Notes: generated from the letters alone by a model not told the origin. 64,000 nt of DNA from an uncultured Chthonomonadaceae bacterium (GCA_963817895.1 CAWFQB010000006.1:320001-384000); one strand, 5' to 3'. Positions 1-12,347 are shown, numbered from the stretch's first letter. Translations and numbers: made by a program.

Positions 1-715
1 TCTCGTCAATACCGGGCGGCAGGGGCGCGGTTGCGGAATACGTAATCGCCGGATCGCCGCCAAGCACAATCGCCACGTCAATCTTCTGCTTTTTCGCCTC
101 GTAACCCCGCGCGTGTTCCGCGCCAACTTTGTGCATTTGCCAGTGCATTCCGGTCGTGCGCTTGTCGAACACCTGAACGCGGTACATGCCGACGTTGCGC
201 TTGCCGGTATTCGGGTCGTTGGTGAACACGAGGGGCAGGGTAATGTAGCGTCCGCCATCTTCAGGCCAGCAGTGCAGGATAGGAATTTTGTCCAGATCAA
301 CATCGTCGCCAATCTGTACCACTTCCTGACACCTGCCGCTGCCTTTGTCGTGGCGGGGAGGCACTTTGAGCAGGGTTTGCAGTTTGGGCCAGAACTCGCG
401 GGCGGCCCCAAGCAGGCCACCGGAAGGAACTTCCGGCTTCAGCAGGTCTTCAATCTCGCAGGCGATGTCTTCTATGTCGGGAACGCCAAGCGCCATGCTC
501 ATGCGTTTGCGTGAACCGAACACATTGATAGCCAGCGGAAATTTTTTGCCGGTGGGATGCTCGAACAGCAGGGCGGGACCACCGTCCGGCATTTTCATCA
601 CGCGATCCGCTACTTCGGTAATCTCCAGATAGGGATCAACGGGTACGCTGATGCGCTTGAGTTCGCCCTCGCGTTCCAGTTTATTCAAAAAATCCTGAAA
701 GTCGGCGTAAGCCAT
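1..715 (-). CDS. ubiD: UbiD-family (menaquinone biosynthesis-type) decarboxylase, 5' part; runs off the window start
   Basis: Not in the ORF track. Manual minus-strand translation from ATG at 715 gives MAYADFQDFLNKLEREGELKRISVPVDPYLEITEVADRVMK...GGPALLFEHP...WPEDGGRYITLPLVFT...RNVGMYRVQV...GMHWQMHKVG, typical UbiD motifs. Confidence 0.9.
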   Translation of the reverse strand, partial: MAYADFQDFLNKLEREGELKRISVPVDPYLEITEVADRVMKMPDGGPALLFEHPTGKKFPLAINVFGSRKRMSMALGVPDIEDIACEIEDLLKPEVPSGGLLGAAREFWPKLQTLLKVPPRHDKGSGRCQEVVQIGDDVDLDKIPILHCWPEDGGRYITLPLVFTNDPNTGKRNVGMYRVQVFDKRTTGMHWQMHKVGAEHARGYEAKKQKIDVAIVLGGDPAITYSATAPLPPGIDE

Positions 716-749
716 ATTGCCTGCTTCCTGCGACGAATACAAATATGAG

Positions 750-980
750 TAGCCGCGAATGAACGCGAATATTTAGTAACTCTGATGAATGGTTAGTATG
801 AGGTACACAGCGCAAATTCGCTCGATCCACAAACATTACTGTACAGTAATGAACTGCTTCTTGTTCAGAGTATACCTTTGCGCGCACAGGAAGTCAATGT
901 AACTCAGGCACTTTGCGCAAAATTTCACAAACTTTTATATGGACTCCTCATTCGCGTTTATTCGCGTTCATTAGCGGCTA
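750..980. repeat. Intergenic inverted-repeat element with arms TAGCCGCGAATGAACGCGAAT ... ATTCGCGTTCATTAGCGGCTA
   Basis: Arms at ~750-770 and ~950-980 are near reverse complements around an AT-rich spacer. Confidence 0.75.
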
Positions 981-995
981 ACTCTCCTCTGTATT

Positions 996-1430
996 TCAGG
1001 CAGAAGACGCGGTTTTTTTGCTGCGCGGGGCGCTTCTGCCGCTTCCGCCTTTAGAACCGTTGTTGTCGTACTGGCCGAGGAAGAGGATGCAGAAGAGGAA
1101 CGGGAGGGCGTGAACGATCAGGCCGATGGGATCGGCAATCGCGCCTTTGCCGAGCGCAAGGCCCACGCCATCCAACGTGAGAAGAAAGAGAATCTGCGCT
1201 CCGGCGAGAAAGCGGGGATTCCAGCCGGCCAGAACGCCAAAGGCAAGCATCACCTCCACGCAGCCGATGCCGCGCTGAAGGTTCAGGGGGGCGAACGAGG
1301 AACGCGCAAAAACCGCCGCCAGTACGCGCAGGTCGTCGTGGTTTTGATTATAGAGTTTCAGCCACAACCCCTCGTACAGCCACGTCATGGCGACAAGGAA
1401 ACGGGCAAACAGCGTCAGATTACGATTTAT
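996..1430 (-). CDS. DoxX-like membrane protein
   Basis: WLYEGLWLKL...GIGCVEVMLAFGVLAG motif and several hydrophobic helices; the frame extends upstream of the ATG at 1388 to a GGAGG RBS near 1435. Confidence 0.65.
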   Translation of the reverse strand: MNRNLTLFARFLVAMTWLYEGLWLKLYNQNHDDLRVLAAVFARSSFAPLNLQRGIGCVEVMLAFGVLAGWNPRFLAGAQILFLLTLDGVGLALGKGAIADPIGLIVHALPFLFCILFLGQYDNNGSKGGSGRSAPRSKKTASSA

Positions 1431-1529
1431 AGAGCCTCCGGATTCTCAGCGCGTTGCGGCTTGTTATGCAAACGATTATACCGCAATCACGCTGGAACCC
1501 GGCTGAACAGGCAATCATATCCGCGCGTT

Positions 1530-3095
1530 TTACGGTTCAGGCGCGTTCCACATATCCGGCTTGAGATAAAGAGTGCCTTTGAACGCGGGCGCGTCTCGTA
1601 GCGGAATTGTGAACTCGCCGCGAACAGGGTCCAGTGTTGCGGTAGGCCAGTCAGCATCAGTGGCTGGCTGCTCTTCAGAAAGCCAGTGGTACTGTAGAAT
1701 GTCCTTCGGCAATGGAATGTCAGCGCCCGGATTGGCCGTCGCCTGATCGTTCCATGCCTGTAAACTCGTGGAGTTGACCTGAACTTCCAGCGTTTCACTG
1801 TAGATCGGGCGCCCCGGATATTCGCGCGACCAGAGTAGAATTTGGTCAACCCGGTGTTCGGCAACGCGAAAGGACAGCAGGAAACGAAGCTGCCCAATTT
1901 CCGAAAGCAGGGAATTGAGGAAGGCAGTATGCAGTTCGAGTTTTTGGGTCACAGCGTCGGGTTTGCGGCGGATCGCGTTTTCACAGGGGTCTTCCCGGCG
2001 CTCATGGAGGAAAACGCCTGTATTGCGCACGGACAGTCGAAATTCAAAGGTATAAAAATCGTTCTTATCCAGCAAGTCCGCGCCGGGAATTGTAATATCA
2101 TCCAGTGAAATCACGACTTTGGTATCGCCGAACAGGAACCGCTGAATATTTTCGTAGCTTTCGTAGCTGTTGACAATGCCTCGTACTCCAGAATGGGCGC
2201 GATGCACATTCGCGGTATAGGCTCCCTCGATGGAAGCCTTTTCCTGTTTCACAAGCCCGTCACTATGATTGCCTGTGATCTTCTGAATCAGGGGATCATA
2301 AGAGTGGTAGTCGCTGCCGATCAGACAAAAGCAACGCTCCGGGGGAAAGTGGCCGTCAAGACTATTGACAGGCGCGTTATCGGACAGTTTCAGATATTCG
2401 CGAATCATATCCGGGTTGAAGCGACTCGTTTGGGCGGGGTTGAAGGTTGAGGTGACATAGTTCTCAAACCAATCCGGTATCAGGCCAAGATCAATGCCGC
2501 CGTTGGGCGACGCAATGGTGACGAGCCGATGTATAATGGATTTCGGATCCACGCCTTCAGCCGGCAAAATATTCTGTAGCAGAGTGCGGCAGACGAGACC
2601 ACCCATCGAATGTGCAATCAAGATAACCTTGAAGTTGGTCATGTCTATGCCCATATCCGTAAACGCCTGCCGCATGTCGGTGTTGATGAGTGTCCATAGA
2701 TCAGTAGCGTGTTTGTCAATGGAACGTACTTTCCCTTGCAGGAAGTCTGTGTCGTAAAAGCGGCTGATCCAGATGCTCCGCGTCGGATTGAGATTTCCGC
2801 GCCGAAATTTACTGCGCGTGGAGGCGAGACTCAGTCCGCCATGTGTAGCATCCACATAATCATATTCTTTGATGAAGCGAATCAACTGGCTCTCGAAAAG
2901 GTCCAGCGCGACACGGTCGGAAGGATCTTGATTGGGCGATTTCGGACGCGTCTCAACCGATGTTTCGGCGTAGCCGTAATAGAGGTCGTGGAAGTTGTCG
3001 TCGCGGGATTTGCCTGTTGGCGCAAACCCGCGCACATAGACGATGGGATAACAGGGAGATTCAAAAGTTGTTGTTGTTTCTGCAATTGCTGTCAT
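1530..3095 (-). CDS. Alpha/beta hydrolase (PGAP1/lipase-like)
   Basis: PIVYVRGF, nucleophile elbow AHSMGG, SDGLV and AHSG motifs; GAGG RBS before ATG at 3095. Confidence 0.8.
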   Translation of the reverse strand: MTAIAETTTTFESPCYPIVYVRGFAPTGKSRDDNFHDLYYGYAETSVETRPKSPNQDPSDRVALDLFESQLIRFIKEYDYVDATHGGLSLASTRSKFRRGNLNPTRSIWISRFYDTDFLQGKVRSIDKHATDLWTLINTDMRQAFTDMGIDMTNFKVILIAHSMGGLVCRTLLQNILPAEGVDPKSIIHRLVTIASPNGGIDLGLIPDWFENYVTSTFNPAQTSRFNPDMIREYLKLSDNAPVNSLDGHFPPERCFCLIGSDYHSYDPLIQKITGNHSDGLVKQEKASIEGAYTANVHRAHSGVRGIVNSYESYENIQRFLFGDTKVVISLDDITIPGADLLDKNDFYTFEFRLSVRNTGVFLHERREDPCENAIRRKPDAVTQKLELHTAFLNSLLSEIGQLRFLLSFRVAEHRVDQILLWSREYPGRPIYSETLEVQVNSTSLQAWNDQATANPGADIPLPKDILQYHWLSEEQPATDADWPTATLDPVRGEFTIPLRDAPAFKGTLYLKPDMWNAPEP

Positions 3096-3113
3096 GGCGT
3101 ACAACCTCTTTTA

Positions 3114-3208
3114 GAGCCTATCCCGATAGGGTCATCTTCTCCCAAAGTTGGGAGAAGATGTATGTCCACAAGTGGACGCGCGGGTTGAGGGCCAATTGGG
3201 ATAGGCTC
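3114..3208. mobile_element. MITE-like element, copy 1 (terminal inverted repeats GAGCCTATCCC...GGGATAGGCTC)
   Basis: TIRs flanked by TA on both sides; internal hairpins; the same TIRs recur at 21549-21650. Confidence 0.65.
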
Positions 3209-3429
3209 TAAAACGGAAATATAGTCTAAGATTGCATTATATTCGGACGTTACAAACAAATAACCTTCTGCAATTTCAACATTTCCACTTTTGTATGGTT
3301 CTTTTTTTGAAATATTGTCGGCGCAATATTCGCGGTCAATACCGCGTAAACCAATAACGCCTTTGCTTTGAGACAACGAACGCGCATTTAATCGTATAGA
3401 TGGGCAAAACAACTAGAGGAGAGCAGGCG

Positions 3430-4386
3430 ATGGAGTATACGACACTGGGACGGACGGGGCTGCGGGTAAGCCGAATGGGATTGGGATGCGGCGGGCATAG
3501 CCGGTTGGGACTGGCGACCGGCAACACGGCAAGCGAAGCCGAAAACGTGGTTCGGGAAGCCCTGTCGCTCGGCATCAATTTCATAGATACAGCCGAGTCC
3601 TATGGAACCGAAGATGTGGTGGGACGCGCTCTGGCGGACGGGATGCGCGAACAGGCAGTGCTTTCCACCAAAGCGGGCGTTGGCTGGCAGGGGCGAAACG
3701 CGACCGGACCGGAAATGGTCAAGCGCGTCCATGCCAGTTTACAGCGGCTGCGGACGGACTATATTGATGTATTTCATCTGCACGGCGTAGCGCGGGAGGA
3801 GTATCTGTACGCCTCGCAGGAACTGCTGCCCACCCTGCAAGATTTACAGGCGGCGGGCAAAATTCGGCACATCGGCATCACGGAAGGATTTATTTCGGAT
3901 ACCAGGCATCGGATGCTGTCCCGCGCGCTGGAAGACGACTGCTGGGATGTGGTGATGGTGGGTTTCAATCTGCTGAATCAGTCCGCTCGTGAGCGGATAT
4001 TGACGGTGACGCAGGAGCAGAACATCGGTACACTATGCATGTTCGCCGTGCGCCGCGCTCTGAGCCAACCGGAAGCCCTGCGCGAACTCCTGCGCGGACT
4101 TGTCGCCGACAAACTGGTGAACGAATCAGAATTGGAGGGATTGGCAAACGAGGCGGTAAATCCGCTTGGGTTCGCGCTGAAAGAGGGTGGGGCGACGAGC
4201 ATCCCCGAAGCCGCGTATCTGTTTTGCCGGTGGGAACCGGGCATAGATGTCACCCTGTCGGGAACGGGGAGCGTGGAACATCTGCGCGAAAACGTTACGG
4301 CCCTGAACAGCCCGCCGCTTTCGCCCCAAATCACCGAACGCCTGAAGAAGATATTTGCCCATGTGGATACCGTGTCGGGAAACTAA
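3430..4386 (+). CDS. Aldo/keto reductase
   Basis: MEYTTLGRTGLRVSRMGLG, GINFIDTAESYG, SLQRLRTDYIDVFHLH, GKIRHIG. Confidence 0.92.
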   Translation: MEYTTLGRTGLRVSRMGLGCGGHSRLGLATGNTASEAENVVREALSLGINFIDTAESYGTEDVVGRALADGMREQAVLSTKAGVGWQGRNATGPEMVKRVHASLQRLRTDYIDVFHLHGVAREEYLYASQELLPTLQDLQAAGKIRHIGITEGFISDTRHRMLSRALEDDCWDVVMVGFNLLNQSARERILTVTQEQNIGTLCMFAVRRALSQPEALRELLRGLVADKLVNESELEGLANEAVNPLGFALKEGGATSIPEAAYLFCRWEPGIDVTLSGTGSVEHLRENVTALNSPPLSPQITERLKKIFAHVDTVSGN

Positions 4387-4387
4387 C

Positions 4388-5324
4388 ATGGACTCTGAGC
4401 GATTAGAATTAACGGAACAGTTCACCCACACTATCGAAGGCGTCTTCAAGGAGCGGGGAACTTTGTGGCTGCTAAATCTGCCTGCGTTGTTGGCGGATTG
4501 CGCGAAACATTGGACATTGACGATACTGCCGCCGTTTCCCAATTTGTCGTTTAATTATGTCGCGCCTGTAATGTGTTCGGATGGCTCGAAAGCGGTGTTG
4601 AAAGTGGGTGTTCCGCATAAGGAACTCTGGTCGGAGATGGAAGCCTTGCGGGTGTTCGGGGGCAGGGGCAGTGTCCGGTTGCTGGAAACGGATGGCGATA
4701 GGGGCGCGATGCTGTTGGAGCGTTTGAAGCCCGGAACGCCCCTGACAACGCTTGCCGATGAAGTCCATGATGCGCAGGCGACTTCAATTGCCGCAGATGT
4801 TATGCGCAAACTATGGCATCCGGTTCCTCCACAACACAATTTTCCTTCCGTTGCGGATTGGGCGCAGGGCATGAAAAGAATGAGGACGCATTTCGATGGC
4901 GGCGTTGGCCCGTTTCCTGTCGCGCTGGTAGAGGAAGCCGAAACCCTGTTTTTAGAACTGCTTGCGTCTTCCGCTTCGCCTGTGCTGCTGCATGGCGATT
5001 TGCACCACGATAACATTCTGGAAACTGAAAATGGAGATCTGGCTGGCGATTGATCCCAAAGGGCTGATTGGCGAACCCGCGTATGAGGTGGGCGCAATCC
5101 TGCGAAATCTATGGCCGTCTCGCCACGCGATCCACAATCCGCGGCAAATGCTGAAACGCCGGGTATATCAGCTTGCCGAAGAACTGGAATTGGAGATGGC
5201 GCGGGTACGCGGTTGGGGCGTGGCGCAGGCGGTATTGTCCGCGTGGTGGAGCGTAGAGGATGGGGATGACGGCTGGCAGGACACGATAACAGTGGCGCAA
5301 TGGCTTGCGGATATAAAAGCATAA
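4388..5324 (+). CDS. Aminoglycoside/hydroxyurea resistance kinase family (APH(6)-like); one frameshift near 5030
   Basis: AVLKVG, LLLERL-like, LLHGDLHHDNIL, then WLAIDPKGLIGEPAYE in another frame. Confidence 0.85.
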
Positions 5325-5495
5325 GCGATTTGGAAGCAGGAAGGTAGAAGAGATTGTATAAAGTTTGGACTACGCTCATCCGAACATAAAACAACTAAAA
5401 ACTATCATAAATGCCTTTGCGACGCGCTTTCTGAAAACTGCATTCCTTGTGTTTGCGGCAGGCGCGGCCTTGCAGGTTGAAAATACAACAAAACT

Positions 5496-8067
5496 ATGCC
5501 AGCTATATCTGTTCCTGCACCCGACAACGAGACCAAGCGCATTGCCGCGCTTCTACAATATGCGGTACTGGATTCTCTGCCGGAACAGGCGTTCGACGAT
5601 CTCACCCAACTGGCGGCTGACATTTGCGGCGTACCGATAAGCCTTGTCAGTCTGGTAGATTTGCGCCGACAGTGGTTTAAGTCTTGTTTCGGTATAGACA
5701 TAAGCGAGACACCGCGCGAACTTGCTTTTTGCGCCCATACTATCCTGCAACGCGACATCCTGGAGGTTCCTAATACTTTAGAAGACCCGCGTTTCGCCGA
5801 CCACCCGTTCGTGATTGCCGGTCCGAATATTCGCTTCTATGCCGGAGCGCCGCTTGTGACCCCGGAAGGCTATGCACTGGGAACGCTGTGCGTGGTAGAC
5901 TGCTGTGCCGCGTCATCTTACGCCTTATCAACGCAACGCCATGCAAACCCTTGCGCGGCAGGTAATGGCGCAACTGGAACTACGGCGGCAACTTAACGAA
6001 GTACAGCAGGCGAACAACCGTTTTAGCGCGATTCAGGAGCGATACGCGCTGGCGATGCAAGGCTCACAGGATGGCTTGTGGGATTGGGACATTCGTACCG
6101 GGAACGTCTACTTTTCATCCCGATGGAAAAGCATGATCGGCTACGAGGAGCATGAGTTCCCCAACCATATAGACGCCTGGATGAACCACCTGCACCCGGA
6201 GGATAAAGATCGAGTAGACGCTAATCTTCAGGCTTATTTTGGACAGCCCGATTCCATTTACGAGGTGGAGTTCCGGCTGCGCTGCAAAGACAATTCCTAT
6301 CGCTGGGTGCTGGCAAGGGGCGCGGCCATGTGGGACAGCGAGGGGAAGACCGTACCGCATGGCAGGTTCCCACACGGATATAACCGCCCGACGCGAAGCC
6401 GAGCAGAAACTTTTGCAAAGCCGACATTTCATCCAGAGCGTTGCCGAAGCCTCCCCGAACATCTTGTATGTTTATGATCTTGTGGAGTGTTGCAATGTTT
6501 ATTCCAACCGGCAAGTCGGCGTAACTCTGGGTTATTCCCCGGAAGCCATTCAGCAAATGGGCGCAGGATTTTCTGCCGCGGTGGCACACCCGGAGGATTT
6601 ATCGCGTTTTGCCGCTTATTATGCCTCATTCGCCGTTGCTGAGGATGGCGGCATTATCGAAAACGAGTATCGTATGCGCCACGCGGACGGAACCTGGCGC
6701 TGGCTGCACAGCCGCGATACTGTTTTTAACCGCGCAAAAGACGGATCACCGAAGCAGATCATGGGAACGGCGCAGGATATAACCGCGCAGAAAACATATG
6801 AGCAGCAGATCGAAGCGCAAATCGCGCAGGTAAATGAAGCCAACGCGAAACTCCATGCGCTGGCGACAACGGACGGGCTGACCGGGCTGAAAAACCATCG
6901 CGCTTTTCAGGAGTGGCTGCATGTCGCTTTTGAGCAGCACCGGGAGCAAGATCGGCGCTGTCCCTGCTGCTTTTGGATGTGGATAAATTCAAGCAGTTCA
7001 ATGATACGTTCGGGCATCCCGCCGGGGATGGCGCGCTGAAACAGGTGGCGCAGATACTACAGTCACAGGCGCGTTTGTCCGGCGTGGATCGCTCCTCCGA
7101 CCTCGTGGCGCGTTACGGAGGAGAAGAGTTCGTGGTTGTTCTGCCTCAGACGGATGCGGCGGGCGCAAGAAAAGTGGCGGAACGGCTGCGCAGGGCGGTA
7201 GAAAAGGCTGACTGGAAGGAACGCGCGATTACCGTAAGCATTGGCATTGCCACGATTCAAGCGGCCACCGCCGACACCTCCGAACTGATTTCCGAAGCGG
7301 ATAAGGCGCTGTATGAAGCCAAACAGCAGGGCCGTAACTGCGCCCGCCATGCCGACGATTTCGAGGGGGATATGCTTTTCGGCGGACGCAACGCCACCCC
7401 GTATACCGATCTGATCCTGACGATTCTGGAATCGCAGCAGGGGACGCTTCTTTCCGGAACGGACAGCATCAAGGAGATGATGTGGCAATCGTATGACGCG
7501 ACGGTTCAGAGTTGGTCCCGGCTTCTGGACAGGCGCGACAAGGAGACGGAGGGGCATAGCGAGCGCGTGACGGATTTGGCTGTCCGGCTGGCGCAAAGCA
7601 TCGGCATGAATGAAGAGGAGCTGCTGTATATTAAATGGGGCGCGCGGCTGCACGACATTGGCAAGATGGGTGTGCCGGATCGTATTCTGCTCAAACCCGG
7701 CGCGCTGACCGAGGAGGAGTGGAGTATCATGCGAATGCATCCCGGCATTGCGCATGAAATCCTTTCGCCCATCACCTTTTTACGTCCCGCGCTCGATATT
7801 CCCTACTGCCATCACGAGAAATGGGACGGCACGGGTTATCCGCGGGGCTTGAAAGGGGACGAGATACCCCTCGCGGCCCGCTTATTTGCCGTAATTGATG
7901 TATACGACGCCTTACGTTCCGACCGTCCCTATCGCAAAGGCTGGCCGGAAACCAGAGTGCGCAAGTATTTGCAGGAGCAGGCCGGAACGCATTTTGACCC
8001 CAGAGCGGTTCGCGCCTTCCTGCGTATTCTGCGCAAGCCAAAACAATCGGTCAAAATAGCCGCATAA
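5496..8067 (+). CDS. GAF-PAS-PAS-GGDEF-HD-GYP c-di-GMP signalling protein; frameshifts near 5905, 6345 and 6960
   Basis: GAF (IRFYAGAPL), PAS ([19 protein letters not shown]), [35 protein letters not shown] across consecutive ORFs. Confidence 0.9.
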
Positions 8068-8207
8068 CAACCCTCCCATAATTGTCCCCGGTTCGCAAAT
8101 TGAACAACCCGTATGTTGTCCGCTTGCTTTCATCCTCCTGAACTGCTATAATGAAGAGGGAAAACGAGAACGTATATTCTTGCTCTTCCCTGAAATGAGG
8201 AGCTTTT

Positions 8208-9458
8208 ATGGCGCGTTCGGTTCGGGTGATGCACTTTGCGGATACGCATTTTGGCGTGGAATTGTACGGGCGGCTGGACCCGGATACGGGTCTGAACTCG
8301 CGCCTGAAGGATTTCAAGCAGTCGCTGCTCAAGGCGATTGATCTTGCGCTGGAAGCCGATATTGATCTGGCCGTTTTTGCCGGGGATGCGTACAAAACCC
8401 GCGATCCGCGCCAGACGGATCAGCGCGAGTTTGCCGATTGTATCCGCCGCCTTACGACAAACAACATTCCCGTCGTGATGATCGCGGGCAACCATGATAT
8501 GCCCGCTGTGCGCGGACGCGCCAACGCGGTGGAGATTTACCATACGCTGGGCGTGGAAAACGTGCATGTGCTGCGCAAGCCGGAAAGCCTTCTGGTGCAT
8601 ACCCGCGCCGGACAGGTTCGCGTGGCCGCCATGCCCTACCTGATAAAAGGCTACTCCATCGCCCGTGACGAGTTTCTGAACAAGACGCTGGACGAAACCC
8701 GCCTGCTGCTGGAACAAAAGTACACGGATTATCTCGCGCTGCTTGCCGACGAGGTACGCGAAGCCAATGACGATATACCCACTATCCTGCTCGGACACTT
8801 TTGGGCCAATGGCGCGAAACTGTCTACGTGGCAGGAGGGCTATTTCACAATGGGCGAACCGAAAGTCGCCCTTGCCAGTCTGACCGACCCGGCTTTCGAT
8901 TACGTCGCATTGGGACACATCCACAAACATCAAGATTTGAATAAAAACGGCCAGCCGCATGTCGTGTATTCCGGCAGCCCGGATCGCATTGACTTCGGCG
9001 AAAAAGACGAGCGCAAGGGTTTTGTGCTGGTAGATTTATACAAAGGCGGCGCGGACTACAAATTTATTCCCGTTGACGAGGGGCGCGAACTGCTGGAAAT
9101 CGAAGTGGACGCGGAAGGGGACGACCCGACCGAAAAAATTGTCGCGGAAGTGAAGCGTCATTCGCTGCGCAACAACATCGTCAAACTGACCTACAAAATT
9201 GACCATTCCAAATTGCCGCAAATCCGCGAACGCGACATCCGCGACGCGCTGGCTCCCGCGTTCATGGTGGTGTCCATCAGCCGTAAAGTGCAGCGCCAGG
9301 ATCGGGAACGGGGCCGCGCCTTCACGGAAAGCATCAGCCCCCGCGAAGCCCTGAACCTGTATATTGACGGCAACGAAAAACTAAAACCCCGCAAAGAAGA
9401 CCTTCTCGCCTGCGCCGAACCCCTGTTCAAGGAGTTGGCGGAGGAGGAAGGGTACTGA
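8208..9458 (+). CDS. sbcD: Nuclease SbcCD subunit D
   Basis: HFADTHFG, FAGD, AGNHD, YVALGHIH, YSGS metallophosphoesterase motifs; directly upstream of an SMC ATPase. Confidence 0.93.
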   Translation: MARSVRVMHFADTHFGVELYGRLDPDTGLNSRLKDFKQSLLKAIDLALEADIDLAVFAGDAYKTRDPRQTDQREFADCIRRLTTNNIPVVMIAGNHDMPAVRGRANAVEIYHTLGVENVHVLRKPESLLVHTRAGQVRVAAMPYLIKGYSIARDEFLNKTLDETRLLLEQKYTDYLALLADEVREANDDIPTILLGHFWANGAKLSTWQEGYFTMGEPKVALASLTDPAFDYVALGHIHKHQDLNKNGQPHVVYSGSPDRIDFGEKDERKGFVLVDLYKGGADYKFIPVDEGRELLEIEVDAEGDDPTEKIVAEVKRHSLRNNIVKLTYKIDHSKLPQIRERDIRDALAPAFMVVSISRKVQRQDRERGRAFTESISPREALNLYIDGNEKLKPRKEDLLACAEPLFKELAEEEGY

Positions 9459-9470
9459 CTCCTTTTTACT

Positions 9471-12032
9471 ATGATTCCCATCAAACTGACGCTGAAAAAC
9501 TTTATGAGCTACGGGGCGGAACCCGTGACGCTTGCCGTTTGAGGGGCTGCATGTCGCCTGTCTGTCGGGGGACAACGGCAACGGCAAGTCCGCCCTTCTG
9601 GACGCCATGACGTGGGCGTTGTGGGATAAAACCCGTGCGCCGAGCAAGGATGATGTGATTCGGGTGGGCGCGGACGAGGTGGAGGTTCGCTTTGAGTTTG
9701 AGTTGAGCGGGCAGTTTTATCGCGTTACCAAAAAGCGGCGGCGGGGCAAAGCGACGGGCAGCGAGTGGACGCTGGCGCAGCGCGACAGCAAGGGCGATTA
9801 CACGTCTATCGGCGGCAACTCGCAAAAGGAAGTGGGCAGGCAGATCGTCACCCTGCTCAGTATGGAGTACGAGACGTTTCTCAATTCCGCGTACTTGCAG
9901 CAGGGACACGCCGACGAGTTTACGCGCCAATCGCCGGATAAGCGCAAGCAGATATTGGGCGAAATTCTGGGGTTGGAACGCTACACGCGACTGGAAGAAA
10001 AAGCGCGGGAACGCCTGAAAGAGCGCAAGGAAGCCGTCGAAGAACTGGAAATGCAGATTCGCCTGCTTGATTCCGAGATTTCAAACCTGCCGCAGTATGA
10101 GGAGCAACTGGAGCAGACGCGGGTTCGGCTGGATGAGGTCACATCGCTGGTGGAGAAGCAGGAGGCCGTTACTGCGAGCCTGCGGGAGCGCAAGGCGCAG
10201 TTGGACGCGCTGGCGGGGCAGATGGAGCAGGCGCGAAACGTCGTGCTGCGCATACAGGAAGACATCAAGTTACGCGAGGCCGAGCGGTGCAATCAACTGG
10301 CGCAGATGGAGCGGCTCCAAAAAACAATGGCGCAGAAAGACGCCATTGCGGGCGATTACGCGCAGCTGGAAAACGCCGTCAAACGGCGTGACCTGCTGGA
10401 ACCGGAAATCGAAGCCTTCAACAAAGCCAATACGGATTTGCGAACGGTTATCGGCGTGATTGACGGCATGGAAAAGGAACTGCGCGGCGAAATCCGCCTG
10501 TTCGAGAACAAAGTTCAAACGGCAGACGAGCGCAGCCGCGAACGCGCCAAACTGGAAACGCAGGCGCAAACCCTGCGCGACGGGCTGGCGGACATGCAAA
10601 GCATCGAGGCCGAACTGATCCGCGCCCTTGCCGAGCAGGAGGCAACGCAGCAGGCGTTTGCCGACCTGAGCGCGCGCAACAAAGAACTGGCCGCCGCGAT
10701 TGTGGAACTGGATGAGGTGCTGGAACTGCTGGCAGGCCCCCGCGCCGCGTGTCCCGTTTGCGAAAGCGACCTGAGCGGCGCAAAGCGCGAGAACGTTCTG
10801 GCCCGACAGCAGGCGAAAAAAGCGCAGATGCTGGCTGGAGCAGAAGCGGGTGAAGCAGCAGGGCGGCGCGAAAAAGCAGGCCTTGACTGTGGTTCAGGAG
10901 CAGGCTGCCGCGCTGACAAAACAGCGGGATGAACAGACGCTTCGCGCCAATCGCCTCCGCGATCTTACCGCCCGACTGGAAACGTATGCGCAGGCTCTGC
11001 CGGAACTGGAAGCCGCCCGCAAAAATCTGGACGCTCTGCAAACAAAACTGGCGCAGAACGATTTTGCCGCCCCGCAACGGATACAGCGGCAGCGATTGGA
11101 TCGGGAATTGGAACGCCTGAAACTGGCCCGGTCCGAGTACGAGGTCGTCAAGCAGCAGATTGCAAGACTGGAACCGAGCCGCAAGCGTATTCAGGAGTTG
11201 GAGCAGGCCGCAGTTCGCGCTGCCGCAAACCATGCAGGATATTGCCCGCGTGGAGCAGGTTCTGACCGGGAAAAATAAGGAACGGCAGGAAGCGGAAACC
11301 CGTCGAAATGAACTACAGGAGCGGTTGGGGCAGTACGAAGAGGTGAAGCGGCAGGCTGCGGTTGCCGAATCAGATTTTGCCCGCTTGCAGCAGGAACTCA
11401 ACGGCCTGAAAGTGGCGGAGGGGAGTTTCGTCAAGTTCATCGCCAATTGCGCGGGCGCGGCGGCGCAGAAAAAAGAGCGCGATAAAGAGCGGATTAAAGC
11501 CGATGATGAGAAGCGTCTGTATACCGCGTTGGCAAACGCTTTCGGGCGCAAGGGCGTACAGGCGTTGATTATCGAGAACGCCATTCCCGAACTTCAGGAC
11601 GAAACCAATACCCTGCTGGCGAAAATTACCGACAACGCTATGCAGGTGATGTTCCACACCACAAAAATCCTGAAAACCTCGAAAGAAGAAGCGGAAACGC
11701 TCGACATTGAAGTAATGGATGATTTAGGTTCGCGCCCCTATGAGATGTTCAGCGGCGGCGAAGCGTTCCGGGTCAATTTTGCCATACGTATCGCCCTGTC
11801 GCGCTTGCTGGCGCGGCGTTCGGGAGCCAAACTGCAAACCCTGATTCTGGATGAGGGCTTCGGTTCGCAGGACGGCAAGGGCCGCGAAAAATTGATTGAA
11901 GCCATTGACGGCATCAAGGAAGATTTTGAGAAGATTTTGGTCATTACTCATGTGGACGAAATGAAAGACGCTTTCACGCACCGCATCGAAGTGACCAAAG
12001 ACGCGAACGGTTCGCACGTTCATGTGATGTAG
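9471..12032 (+). CDS. sbcC: SMC-family ATPase SbcC; frameshifts near 9530, 10840 and 11210
   Basis: MIPIKLTLKNFMSY start, Walker A GDNGNGKS, coiled coil with CPVC zinc hook, FSGGE signature, LILDEG Walker B. Confidence 0.92.
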
Positions 12033-12070
12033 GTATACAGGATAACCCAAAAAGGATATGGAGGCAAAGC

Positions 12071-12326
12071 ATGGCCGAAAATTCACCGGCTGGAAAACAG
12101 CGATAGGGAAGACACAGCGGATACCTTACATACGCTGCTCGAATCCTGCGACGCGCCTGCCTGCGTTGAGGAAGACACCAATGTACGCTCAACGCGTTTT
12201 CACGAGTTGGTGGATAAAGAGTTTTTGGGTGTCCTGACTTTGGAAGAAACAAAGGAACTCGACGTGCTGACACAATGGCGCGATGACCAGAAAGCGGCCT
12301 TCTACCGGAATATAGCCGTTGGATAG
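12071..12326 (+). CDS. Small helical protein upstream of the HNH gene (possible antitoxin-like partner); frameshift just after the ATG
   Basis: Not in the ORF track. GGAGG RBS plus ATG at 12071; the shifted frame reads KIHRLENSDRED...RFHELVDKEFLGVLTLEETKELDVLTQWRDDQKAAFYRNIAVG*. Confidence 0.5.
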
Positions 12327-12347
12327 GAAACGGAGTAACAGGCTTAT

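Noticed and set aside
113..748. Plus-strand ORFs at the window start
   Set aside because: Antisense to the UbiD gene, which the ORF track missed because it runs off the edge.
1388..1440. Non-canonical ATA start for the DoxX-like gene after a GGAGG RBS
   Set aside because: Cannot be distinguished from a sequencing substitution of ATG in this error-rich sequence.
4388..5324. Acquired streptomycin resistance gene
   Set aside because: A generic APH(6)-like family member in a chromosomal operon with no mobile context; substrate cannot be inferred.
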